From the IMG/VR virus record IMGVR_UViG_3300028027_000002, positions 32,001 to 96,000 of that record: 64,000 nucleotides of DNA; one strand, 5' to 3'. Each line of letters begins with the position of its first letter. Position 1 is the first letter of the stretch. The notes beneath the pieces were generated by a model. The model saw only the letters and a program-made list of their open reading frames with translations. It searched no databases and had not been told where the DNA came from. Position numbers and translations under genes: made by a program. Origin of the DNA: a virus. Below, piece by piece: positions 10,071 to 22,100 of the stretch.

Positions 10071-10741
10071 TTAAAGTAAAGTTTAACAATAGACAGTTTA
10101 ATAAAGATATGAAAAACATTATTGATTACTCAACTGGTTTTGCCGAAGGGATACAAAAAGGTAAAAAAGATTTTCTTAATAATCTAGGTGCTGACGTATC
10201 AGAAATAGCCTCACAGTTCATTGATACAAATGCTAGAGTGTCTCCAGATACCCTGCATCACGTATACGAGTGGTATAAAAACGGTAGCCCAGAAGCAAGA
10301 CTATTTGACATACAGTATACAGTTAGCAACATAGGGCTTTCTTTTATATCACAGTTTAAACAATCTAACTCAGTTAAAGAAGGGTCTAATGAACCTTTTC
10401 GTGATAAGGCTATAATCATGGAAACTGGTACTTCTGTCGTAATAAGGCCACGTAATGCAGAGGCTTTAAGGTTTGAAGTTGATGGACAAATAGTTTATAC
10501 AAAGAACCCAGTTGTTGTTCAGAATCCAGGTGGAAACACTCAGGGAGAGTTTGAAAAAGCATTTGATATGTTCTTTAGTAGATATTTTACTCAAGCATTT
10601 TTAAATAGTGGGAATCTTAAACAGTACTTTGAGAACCCATCAGTATACAAGAAAAACTTAGGAAAGGGCAAGCGTGGCGGAAGATCAACTGGTATTTCTA
10701 CAGGGTATCGTTGGGTCGCTAATGCTTCGGTGGCATCATAA
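10067..10741 (+). CDS. Putative neck / tail completion protein
   Basis: Position; METGT..VIRP...ALRF motif resembling HK97 gp10-like proteins. Confidence 0.5.
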   Translation: MIKVKFNNRQFNKDMKNIIDYSTGFAEGIQKGKKDFLNNLGADVSEIASQFIDTNARVSPDTLHHVYEWYKNGSPEARLFDIQYTVSNIGLSFISQFKQSNSVKEGSNEPFRDKAIIMETGTSVVIRPRNAEALRFEVDGQIVYTKNPVVVQNPGGNTQGEFEKAFDMFFSRYFTQAFLNSGNLKQYFENPSVYKKNLGKGKRGGRSTGISTGYRWVANASVAS

Positions 10742-11280
10742 TGACAGAGCCTTTATCAACTTTAAATACACCAGTTTTATGGATTAATAAATACCTTCAA
10801 GAAAAGATTGAAGAATTTGCATCTAATGGGGATCCAATAGCATTTTTCCCAACGTCCCCGTCAACAATAGATCAGTTGACACAAAGTTTTCCAGATGGGG
10901 GAGGAGCCTTTTGTGTATATGACAGAATGTTTAGAATGCGTAGAGGACCCTTTCCTCATATCAAATGTGAGCAAATATTGTATTATTTTTATGCACAGGG
11001 TAGTGCCCCAACAGTACAAATGCTTAAGATACAGGAGTCAGTTCTTAGATTGATGGACCGTGGAGATGAAACTGCTGAAGACATAAATGCCTGGGCCAGG
11101 GATAAGACTTTTGACGGTATGACATGCAAGTTCTATTTTCACAACTTTAAGATTTACCAACTAGAAGAAGCAAGAGACATAGTCGATTTTGGAACAGCCC
11201 GAACATATGCGGGTAACAAAATAATTATTGACTACGACTATCATCAAAGACAAGATATTATAGACTCAGTAAACGCTTAA
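10741..11280 (+). CDS. Putative tail terminator protein
   Basis: 179 aa directly upstream of the tail tube gene. Confidence 0.5.
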   Translation: MTEPLSTLNTPVLWINKYLQEKIEEFASNGDPIAFFPTSPSTIDQLTQSFPDGGGAFCVYDRMFRMRRGPFPHIKCEQILYYFYAQGSAPTVQMLKIQESVLRLMDRGDETAEDINAWARDKTFDGMTCKFYFHNFKIYQLEEARDIVDFGTARTYAGNKIIIDYDYHQRQDIIDSVNA

Positions 11281-11320
11281 AAAAGGGCTGTATAATTAAC
11301 TTGAGGAAACAAGCCCTTTT
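11281..11320 (+). promoter_or_regulatory. Inverted repeat/terminator-like hairpin enclosing the -10 element for the tail tube gene
   Basis: AAAAGGGCT(11281-11289)/AGCCCTTTT(11312-11320) with TATAAT at 11291-11296 in the loop. Confidence 0.6.
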
Positions 11321-11350
11321 AATCCAAAAGAAAAAAAAGAGGTGAAAAAT

Positions 11351-11995
11351 ATGGCATATACACGTGGTAGCAGCAACAATATTATTGTTGGAGCAGCAGC
11401 CCTCTTCACACATGAAGACGGCGTACTAACAGAAGCAGCCCTTCCAGGTTACGTAGCAGGAGACTCTTTCAAGGATACCCTTGAAGCAGATGCTGATTTC
11501 CGTAACATTGGTTACACAATGAATGGTTTGGAAATTCAATTCCAGCCAGACTTTGGTGAGGTTGCAGTAGATCAGGTTCTTGACGTTGCTAAGTTGTTCA
11601 AGCAAGGCATGCAGGTAAACCTAAATACTACATTCGCAGAATCAACACTAGAGAATCTTCTATTTGCATTAGCAGGTAAGGATTCAGATCTAGGTGCAGT
11701 ATCAGGAACAGGACTAGGTGCAGGCTCTGCATCACTTAACCTTTCAGCAGGAGACATTGGCGAATGCCCAGTCGAACGTGGTTTGGTTGCAGTTGGTCCA
11801 GGAACTGGAGATTGCGAAGCAGGATCTTCAATCGAAAGAATCTATGTAGCATACCGTGCACTTTCAATCGAAAGCGTATCAGTATCTGCAAAGAGAGACG
11901 AAGCGACAATGTTCGAAGTATCATTCCGTCTTCTTCCAAACGATAACGCATCATACGGTAAGATCGTAGATCGCACTATCCCAGCAGGCGCATAA
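11351..11995 (+). CDS. Major tail (tube) protein
   Basis: SD GAGGTG; NIIVGAA, IGYT.NG, VDQ.LD, T.FAE.TLENL motifs; followed by a terminator. Confidence 0.85.
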   Translation: MAYTRGSSNNIIVGAAALFTHEDGVLTEAALPGYVAGDSFKDTLEADADFRNIGYTMNGLEIQFQPDFGEVAVDQVLDVAKLFKQGMQVNLNTTFAESTLENLLFALAGKDSDLGAVSGTGLGAGSASLNLSAGDIGECPVERGLVAVGPGTGDCEAGSSIERIYVAYRALSIESVSVSAKRDEATMFEVSFRLLPNDNASYGKIVDRTIPAGA

Positions 11996-12017
11996 TACAA
12001 CTTAATATATACAGTTT

Positions 12018-12046
12018 AGCCCAGGCCCTAAAAAGTCTGGGCTTTT
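12018..12046 (+). terminator. Intrinsic terminator after tail tube gene
   Basis: AGCCCAGGC/GTCTGGGCT stem plus T tract; abuts the TGTTATACT promoter at 12048-12056. Confidence 0.75.
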
Positions 12047-12062
12047 CTGTTATACTATATAT

Positions 12063-12746
12063 ATGGCAACAACTGTATATAATACAAAAAATATTGTTCT
12101 ACAAGACGGGGTAGAGATAGAACTGTCTCCATTAAAAATAAAATATCTTAGACAACTAATGGATAACTTTGATGAGGTTAGAAATGCACAAGGAGATCTT
12201 GAGGCAATCGTAGCCCTATCAAAGTGTGCAAGAATTTGTATGAAGCAATTTAGACCAGAGATTACTCAAACACAAGAGATGCTAGAAGAATATGTTAACT
12301 TACAGGACATCTATGACATTCTAGACATAACTGCTGGTATTAAGATTAATGATAAATCAGAAGAGCCAGTAAAAAAACAAGCAGTTGATAGTGGTTCATC
12401 TTGGGAAGAACTTGACCTTGCAAAGTTAGAGTCTGAAGTATTTTTGCTGGGGATTTGGAAAGACTACGAAGAACTAGAAACATCACTATCCATGCCAGAG
12501 TTAATGATAACCCTATCTATTAGCAGAGAGTTAAACTACGATGAAAAGAAATTCCTTGCAGCGATGCAGGGTGTAGACCTAGACAAAAATGCTGAAAAAT
12601 CCAATGCCTGGGAAGAAATGAAAGCCAGAGTGTTTAGTGGTGGTCAAGCATCTAACTCAAAAGACATTGTTGCACTGCAAGGATATAACGCAACAAGGGC
12701 TGGATTTGGAATTGGAATGGGCTTAGACTACGAAAAAGTAGACTAA
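12063..12746 (+). CDS. Tail assembly chaperone, long (G-T fusion-like) form, leaderless
   Basis: Between tube and tape measure genes; N-terminal ~100 aa align with the next ORF, and the C-terminal half is an extra domain. Confidence 0.7.
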   Translation: MATTVYNTKNIVLQDGVEIELSPLKIKYLRQLMDNFDEVRNAQGDLEAIVALSKCARICMKQFRPEITQTQEMLEEYVNLQDIYDILDITAGIKINDKSEEPVKKQAVDSGSSWEELDLAKLESEVFLLGIWKDYEELETSLSMPELMITLSISRELNYDEKKFLAAMQGVDLDKNAEKSNAWEEMKARVFSGGQASNSKDIVALQGYNATRAGFGIGMGLDYEKVD

Positions 12747-12794
12747 AAACACGCCTGTTTATGGTATAATTAAACAACTACAATGGAGGAAATC

Positions 12795-13118
12795 ATGGTT
12801 AAAGAAGTAGAAAACAAGAATCAACTGTCCCTTATAGACGGAACAAAGTTTGAGATTAAGCCACTAAAGATATCTCTACTTAAGCCTTTTATGGAGAACT
12901 TTGCTAAACTGCAAGAAGTTGCAGATGATAATAGCAAGTCAATGGATGTTCTTATTGATTGCGTACAAATTGCATTTAAACAATACTTGCCTGCAATTGC
13001 AGACAACAGAGAGGCGATTGAGGAAAATCTAGATCTTCCTACAGTCTACAAGATCATTGATGCTGCTTCAGGAATGCAACTTTCTGATGCAACAGGTCTT
13101 CTAAACTCAATCAAGTAA
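12795..13118 (+). CDS. Tail assembly chaperone, short (G-like) form
   Basis: Own promoter TGGTATAAT 12762-12770 and SD GGAGG; paralogous to the N-half of the preceding ORF. Confidence 0.7.
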   Translation: MVKEVENKNQLSLIDGTKFEIKPLKISLLKPFMENFAKLQEVADDNSKSMDVLIDCVQIAFKQYLPAIADNREAIEENLDLPTVYKIIDAASGMQLSDATGLLNSIK

Positions 13119-13131
13119 AGAGGTGTGCTGA

Positions 13132-16100
13132 TTGGCTGACGTAAATGCAAATATTGGTATTAATTTTGATACCAGTCAAGCCTTAGCACAATTACGTCAG
13201 TTACAGGCTGGTCTCAGCCGTTTTAATCAAACCCTAACTCAGGGTAATGTTGCAGCAATGAATGCACAAAAGGCTCTTAACAGCCAGTTGATGCAGGCCA
13301 TTAATGCAACTGGAAAATTTGTTGCAACTCAGAAAGATGTAGCCACAAGCACATCTTCTTTTACGCAGGCACTTGAAAAAAATCAATTGTCGATGCGACA
13401 ATACTTTAGATACACCGCTGCTGCAGCAACTCAAAATACAAAAGTATTTAAGGGTATGTTTGCACAAGAGCGTGAGACTTTAACACGTGCTAGTAAAGAT
13501 AGAGTAAAACTCCTACAGTCTCAGTATATCCAGATGCAGGCTGCAAATGGAAATATGATCAAGGTTCTTCAGGTTATTCCAAAGCACCTAAAGATGGTCA
13601 ATGGACAGTATGCAGATTATGCAACACGAATGCAAATGGCTGCACAAAGACAGCAATTTTTAAATAAACTATTAAGTCAAGGCTCAACCCAACTCCTGAA
13701 TTTTGGTAAGAATACTCAGTGGGCAGGTCGCCAGTTAATGGTTGGTTTAACTATTCCTCTTACGATTCTAGGATCAACTGCAGCAAAAACATTTATGGAA
13801 ATGGAGCAGGCAGTAACCAAGTTCTCCAGAGTATATGGAGATATGACAACTGGAAATGATGCGACAAACAGAGCAATTGCAGACATTCAACTACTTGCAA
13901 AAGAATTTACAAAGTATGGCATTGCAGTAAAAGATACTGTAGAGATGGCTGCAACAGCAGCAGCAATGGGTTTAACTGGAGGGGCTTTAAATGCACAAGT
14001 AATTCAAGCAACTAGGCTTGCAGTACTTGGACAGGTAGAACAGCAGCAAGCGCTAGAGACAACAATCTCTCTTACAAATGCTTTTGGAATTGCTTCTGAA
14101 GATCTAGCAAAAAAGATTAACTTTCTTAACGCAGTAGAAAACCAGACTGTTCTTTCTATTGAAGACTTAACAATAGCAGTTCCAAAGGCTGGTCCAGTTA
14201 TTAGGCAACTTGGAGGATCTGTAGAAGACCTAGCATTCTTTATGACTGCAATGAAGGAAGGTGGAATTAACGCATCAGAAGGTGCTAACGCACTTAAGTC
14301 TGGTCTTGCTTCTATGATTAACCCTTCTAAGAAGGCTAGTGAATTTCTTGCTGAACTTGGAATTAATATTACAGGAATTGTTAACGCAAATGCTGGAGAC
14401 TTAAAGGGAACTGTTATAGGATTTGCTAGAGCCTTAGATACACTAGATCCCCTTAACCGTGCCCGTGCAATTGAGCAAATGTTTGGTAAGTTCCAGTTTG
14501 CACGTCTTTCAACACTATTCCAAAATATAACAAAAGATGGAAGTCAGGCTTCTAGAGCACTTGGACTTGCTGGTGCATCAGTTGAAGAGTTAGCAATCTT
14601 GTCTGAACGAGAACTTGGCAAGGTTGAAGATATGACTGGTGCTAAGTTTAAGAAGTCTATGGAAAATCTTAAACTTCAGTTAATCCCAATAGGTAAAGCA
14701 TTTTTGCAAGCAGTAACTCCTATAGTTAATTTTGTTGGAAGAATTCTAGAAAAGTTTAATACTTTAAGTGATGGAACTAAAAAAGTTGTAACAGTTATCA
14801 TTGGAGTTATTGGCGGTCTTGCACCAGTTGCGTTGATGACTTTTGGTGTTCTGATGAACGCAGTTGCAAATGGAATTAAATTATTTGCAAAACTTCGTGG
14901 AGGAATTGCTCAACTTAATGGATCAAACAATGTTCTTGGTGGAGGGTTTGAATATTTAACTAACGAGCAAACTGAAAACGTTGCACAGGCTAATGCTTTA
15001 CACACATCTCATAGTCAACTAATTTCTACATTTAATGTTGAAGCAGCATCAGTTCAAGCATTAGCAGCAGCATATCAAACTGCAGCATCTCAGGCAAGAG
15101 CCCTTGCTCAATCATCTCCAGGATTATTTAACACGGTACCAGGACCAACAGGAGCAGTAGCAGGACTACCAAAGAAGTTTGCAAGAGGTGGAGTTGTTCC
15201 AGGTACAGGAAATAAAGATACTGTGCCAGCAATGCTTACTCCAGGAGAAGTTGTTCTATCAAAAGATATGGTCAAAAATAATCCAGAACTTATTGCTGGA
15301 ATTATGAATGGCAGTGTTAAAAAGTATTCACAATCAACAAACGTAGAGGGTGGTGGATTTTCTGCAGAGGGTCTAGCAATACGAGCAGCACAGATGAAGG
15401 AAGTTTACCTTGGCACTGGTAGCGAAGGGTTTGACAAGAGAGTCAAAGGACTTATAGATGGGGCAATTTCTGTTGGAGAGGCAGGAGTTAAAAGAATAAT
15501 TGAGTTTGCTAGAGCATCTGGAGAAGAGATTGTAGCGTCACAAACAGAGGCTATGAATCGTTGGCGAAGCGCAATGCTTGATGAAGCAGATGCAGCCCTT
15601 GCTGCTGTACCAGATAGATCTGCTTCAAAGGATGAAATAAAAGAGTTTTTAAAGACTAGAGCGCTTGGCTCATCAAATGCTTTTGATACGCTGGATACTC
15701 ATGGAGGACAAAACAAAGCAAAAACTTTTGCACATACAGAACTATCAACGCCAGTTTCTTATGAAGAAGCATTGCGTGTGTCTAGCCAAAGTAAAAGAGT
15801 TTCTGACAGAATTAAGTTAATACAAGGGGGGGCAGACTGGGCCAATAATCTTCCAGATAGCGATCCAAGAAAACCTAAAACTCCAATTACACCAGAGTTT
15901 AGAGCAGTTTCTGCTGCAGGTTTTGAGGGAATTACACAAGAAACAAATAAAGAACTAGACCTAGGCACAGCAAGTGTTACTAAGTTTGTTGATGAATTTA
16001 CTAATTTAGATCCAATTGAAAAGTGGGGGACAAGTCTTAGAAATGCTGGACTTGATATTGATGCTCATGCAGAAGATATCAGGCAACTCGATGCAATTTA

Positions 16101-19100
16101 TCAAGAGCACCTAAGAACTTTTGCTGAGAGTAACACCTCTGGTGTAATGAGTGACTCAGACCTAGCAACAATTAGAGAGCAAGCACTAAATGATCCTAGG
16201 TCAAATCCAACTGTAGTCGCAGCAGCAAGAAGATCTTCTAATAATGTTTCAGGAATAAGATCAAGCGGTGTTGGACAAGAGCAAGAAGATATGATTATGG
16301 AGGCATACGCAAATGGAGAGATCCCTCTTCCAGAAGGTGTAGACTCTGTACCTGAAAAATTATTTCCAAAATCAGGCTCAGCAATTGGTGGAGAAGCAGG
16401 AAGAAAGAAAAGACTTGGAGTATTTGATCAAGAAGTAGAAGATCAGTTAGCCCCACTTGTTGTTGCTACTCCAGAAGCAGAAGCAAATGCTGAAGCAGAA
16501 GGTGAAAAGATTGGTAAAGCGGCGACAAGAGGTGTAAAGAAGGGTGCAAAAACAGAATCTCCTTCTACAGATGGAATTGAAGTTGGTAAGGATATTGCAG
16601 AAGGGGTTGTCATTGGTTTGCAAGAAGGAGAGGCTTCAGTTGCTTCTCAGGGTGCACAACTTGGTTCTTCTGCTGTACCTAAAAAACCAAGAACTGCAGC
16701 AGAAACACAAGCAAGAGTTGATAAGATGGATCTTGACAACAAGGCTTTCTACGATGACCTTGATACTCCAGAATTTCGTGATGAAAGACAAGTTCTTAAG
16801 TCTTTAGATAGACAAAGAAGAAAGCGTGGCGCTACGGGAACCGTAGGCAGTGGTCCAGCAACACCACCAGTCCCAGGACCATCTTCTTTAACTGTTGCCT
16901 CAACAGCAAGAACTGAAGCAGCAGCAGAAGATTTAGCGGTAAGTACAGAGCAGGCTGCAACAGCGCAAGCACAAGTTGTGCAGCAAATTAATGATGAAAG
17001 TAGATCAAGAGTTACTATCAAGGGTAATACTGTTAACATTCAAAAGGCTCGTGAAGAAGCAGACAAGGCTGAAAACGAAGCAGCAATTACAAGAGCACGT
17101 GCCCATGCACTTGAAAGTGAGCAGTTAAAGCAAAAGAAGTCTAATTCACCAACCACCATCACTGATGAACAAGTCCTGGCTGCTAAAGAAAAGGCTAATG
17201 CTGCAGAACTAGAGTATGCAAGAATAAGACAAGAACTAGCAGAGCAAGGAATCACTGCAGCACAACCAGGAGAGATGCAAGAAGTTGCTATACAGGATCC
17301 AGTTAAGACTCCAGCAAAGGTTAAAAAAGCAGAAGATATTATTTCTAACGGAACAGTCGAGCAAGGAGATGGCCTAAGACGAATTGTTGATGGCACAGAG
17401 GACACAGCAGATTCAACTCTGCTAGTTGCAGAACAAACAGATGAGATTGCAACAGTAACTGGAGATATTATTCCAGCACAGACAGATAACTTAGATAATG
17501 TGATAACAACAGCATCACTAAACGATGCAATTGTAAACACTACTGGAGATATTCACGGATCAACAATAGAAACAGCAATGTCTCAAGAAGAAATAGTTGC
17601 ACTACAAGAACAAGAACAGGTTTTAAGAGAGCAATTAAATGCAAATCTTAGACGACAAAGTGATGCTGTTTTATCAGGTAGTGACCTTAGCCCAACAGGT
17701 AAAAGGAGACTAACCGAGCAGGAAGCACTAGACGAAGCATTTGGAAGAGATCCAGGAACAAATGGACCAGACGACTTAGGTCAAAAGGGGTACACAAGAA
17801 ATAAAAAGGGAGAAATATTATTTGATCCAGAAACTGGTCAGCCAACAACTATGGATGAAAAACAAATAACTAAAAAGAAACGTGGTATGCGTAAAGAGAA
17901 GGTTGGAAAGTTTTCTGGTAAAGCAGCAGGTGCTTTGGGTATGGCAACAATGGTTGCTGGAGCAGTTGGTGCACCACCACAAGTTACAGCAGCATTAGGA
18001 ACAGCAGCGACAGTTGCACAATTTGCCCCAATGATTGCTGGAATGGGTCCAGTAGGTCTAGCAGTTACTGCAATCGCAGCAGTTGGTGTTGGTCTGATGG
18101 CATTGAATAAGAGACTTCAAGCGTCCTATGATGCTCAAGCAAAGTTTGTTCGTGAAACATCTGCATCAACAAAGAAGATGGCAGAAATCGGAGCAATCAC
18201 TGGTAAAGTTGGTGCTTCTGAAATTATGGCCAAAAAGAGGGCAACTGGAACCACAAGAGACTATATTGTTAGAGAAAGAGCGGGATCTTCATTTGGAGAC
18301 ACCTTTATGCAATCTGATACTGGTAAAGCAATGTCAAAAACTCTTCAGGCAAATATTACAAAGTCTGGAGCAAAAGAAGCAGCAGAAACATTTGCAACTG
18401 AGATCGCAGCATATGTTCAAGATGGAGTTTTAACTGCAGAGCAGGCTCAGGACATTGCATATCAAATTGGTGTTAACTTTAAAGATACATCTCTTGGAAT
18501 TAAAGTTGATGCAAACCTTTCAGCATTAATCGGACCAAATGGAGAAGATCTTGCAAAAGATCCTATGGTTGTCGGAATGAGGCTTGTACAGTCTGCAGAA
18601 AGAGGCTCTTTAAATTCAGTTAAAAGTATTGATGAAGCAAAAAGCCATGGTCTATCTGGAGCAACAGAAGCAGCAGATCTTGGTGCAAGAGAGGCCGTTG
18701 CTATGCAGATGGCTCAGATGCAAGCAGACGCAGTTGCCAGAAGGTACGATGATGAAATCAGAGCATTAGAAGCACAAGTTGCACAAACTAAAAATAAACA
18801 AGAACAGATAAAACTTGAAGATAAACTAACTGCTCTAAAAGAAAAAGCATATGATGCAGAATCTCAGATGAACAACATAGTTGCTAATCAAACAGATATG
18901 GCAATGCAAAGATTTACTGAAGAAATTCAGCACCAAAGTGTAGTTTGGGATGCTGTAACACTTGGACTGTATAAACTTTGGGGAGCAGGAAACCAAAGAG
19001 AAGCAGCATATACTCGAGCACTTAATGGGGCAATAACTGATAAGTATGCAAATACAGAACAAGCAACTGAAGCAGCAACAGTTTCGGACAGACTTGCAAA

Positions 19101-22100
19101 GTTTGCTGATGGTAAGACTCTTGGTTTTGGTACAAATAATTATGAAGACGCAGGGTTTGCAGGGGGCAAAGAGGCTCAGCAGTTTGAAGTAAAGATGAAA
19201 CTATTGATGGCAAATGGAACGCTTACTCCAAACCAAACAACAGCGATGCTTGACTTATTTGAAGGTAACCTTCCAAGACTTGAAACAGTGTTAGATATTG
19301 GAACAAGAATGCACGGAGCATCTGCAACAGCAGAAATTATAATGCTATTGACAAACTTCCAAGATAAAGAGTATGCACAAAAAATAGCCTTAGAAGTAAC
19401 TACACAAGACAATGAGTCATTTAAAAAGTTGTCAGATATTTTTGGACTTGCAGCCCAACTTGATGGTAAAGAAATTAACATGGAAGTTGTTGTTACAGAA
19501 GTGGGTGGGGTTGCTGGATTAGAATACTATATTGAAAGACTTGACGAACTTGAAACAAAAATAAAGGGACTTAAAGGTAAGTCTATAACACAAGAAGATG
19601 TTGCTCAATTTACAAAAGATACAAATGTAAAGGTAGACGACGGTTTCCTTGACTATATAAATACAGAGTTTAAAGGTGATGGAAAGAAGCAAGCAGATGC
19701 AATAAGAGCCTATACCCTTGTATACAAGCAAATTATGTCAATGGACTATGCAAGTGAAGAAGCAAGAGACTACTTTAGATCACAAGCAGGTCAGATGGCA
19801 GTTGATAAATTAAATGAACTTAGAAAAGCAGGAAATGCTCCAGCAGATATTGAGACATATATAAAGAACCAAACAGAAATTGAGATTGATGCTTTAATTA
19901 CAAAAGTAAAGGTCGATCCAACAGCAGTTACAGGTGACAAAGTTGAGACTTATCTAGGAACCAAACCAGTAGTTGATAGCAATACTGGACCTGGCGGTAA
20001 TAAAGATGGAGGAACAAAGAAAGAAGATCCTCTAGCATTCTTAGAATCTCTTGCTATGCGTATCAAGATGGTTAGAGATCAGGCATTTAACGCAAAGAAG
20101 CCAATTGAGTCAATGCTTGCAGCATTCAATAGTCCTGCTGCAAAGAAAAATGTTGCAAACATGTTTACACTATTTGACGGGTTACAACAAAAACTTATTG
20201 CTCTAAAGGTTCCAGAAGAATTTAGAGACTATATTGCAGGATTAGATGCCCAGCAACTTGAGGATTTGAAAAAGGCTGACCTTGACAAAAAGAAAAAGGG
20301 ACAGCAAGGAATATTCCTTTATGGTGAAAAGAAAGACAAAGATGGAAAAACTGTAAAGGATAAAAAGGGTAATGTTGTTTATGATACTTCAAGAATTGTT
20401 GGAATATCAAAAGAAGGTAAGGCTATTATGGCAGCCTATAACGAAGCCCCACTGGACAAATTTAATATTGCACAGCGCAAGGTAGTAACTGACACTGACA
20501 TGCAGTTTAAGGCTTTTAATAAATTAAAGGCAGCAGGAATAGATACAGGAGTTGCTCTAGAAACTGTCTCAGACTCAGTTCTTGCAGCATCCATTGCTTC
20601 AAGTGCTCTACAGGGAACTGACCTAAAAATATTCATTGATGATTTAAAGAAATCTGCATCTGCAGCAGAAAAGGCTGCTGTCATGGCAGACTTACTAAAA
20701 AAGAACGCAGACTTTAAATTTAAGAACGAGACATTCCCTAAACTTGCTTCTTCATTAAAGATTGCAGGGCTTTCTGCTGAAAACATTGCAACAGTACTTC
20801 AAGATCCAGCATTAGCAAAGCAGTTAATGGCAGACCTAGAAGATGGAAAGATAGACTCTAAGGCAATTGCTGATTACTTAAATAGTATAAAAGAAGAAAA
20901 AATTGTTGAGATTCGTGGTAAGTTTAATGCTGGAGATTTTGCTGCAGCAGCAGCACCAGGCATGGAACTTGTTAACAAGATGTTTGCAACGCAGGAAGCA
21001 TTGATTAGAACTGGTATTGATGGTAGATCTAAAGCCATGGTTGCAAGACTTAAGGATTTAAAGGAAGTTAACGAAAACCTACAACTTGATATACAAAAAA
21101 TAACTTTTAATCTAATACGACCACTAGAAAAGGCTATTGAGAAGGCAACTAGAGATCTTGAAATAAAGGTTACTCGGAAGATCGAGGCTTATCAAGAAGA
21201 AGTAAGTGACCTTCAAAGAATTATTGAAATTGCTTTTGAAAGACCAATAGCAGCGATCAATGCAGAAAATACAATCATGTCTAATGACATGGAAATAATG
21301 AACAAGGCTGCAGAAGAAATCAACAAGAGATATGACGAACAGGCAGAAGCGTTGTCTAAGGTTGCAGCAATTAATGCTGAAATTGTTGCCCAAGAAAAGG
21401 AACAACTCGATCTAGCAGACGCACTGTCTAAGGGTGATATAGCAGCAGCAGCAAGAGCAGTTCAGTCTATACGAGCATCACAGGCTGCAAAAAATGCAGA
21501 CAATGCGTCAAAGGCTTTAGAGCAATCACGTAAAAATGAAGTTGATAGTCTTAGAGGTCGTGACTCTGGCCTAAGCAAAGACGAGATTACTGAAAGACAA
21601 TATCAGAATGCTCAGGCAATTTATGATCTAGAAAACAGAGCGACAACAGATGTCAACGGCAAGTTGATGACAAGGCTTCAAATACTAGATGATATTCAAA
21701 AGAAGAATGATGAAATTTATAAACTTGAAGAAGATCGTGAGGCAAGACAACTTGCTATCCGTGCACTTGAAGATAAGATTTACGATATAAATGAACAACA
21801 AATTAAGCCAAAGCAAGATATAATTGACGCCAATGCTCTTCAGATTGCTATAGATGAAGATGCACTACAAGACCTTGTAGACAACATTACAGTACTTGGA
21901 AAAACAAGAGATGTTTGGGATGGCATATCTGCAAAGATTGAAGCGTCATCTCTTGCTGGACAAGACTTTGATGGATTAATGGGTGGAATGCTTGCGTCTG
22001 TTGATCAAATCGATAAGGGCTGGAAGAGCATAGAAAACACACTAAGTAAGTATTCTTCAGAATCCGCTGCAGCAGAAGGCTCAGCAATGGATGCAATGAG

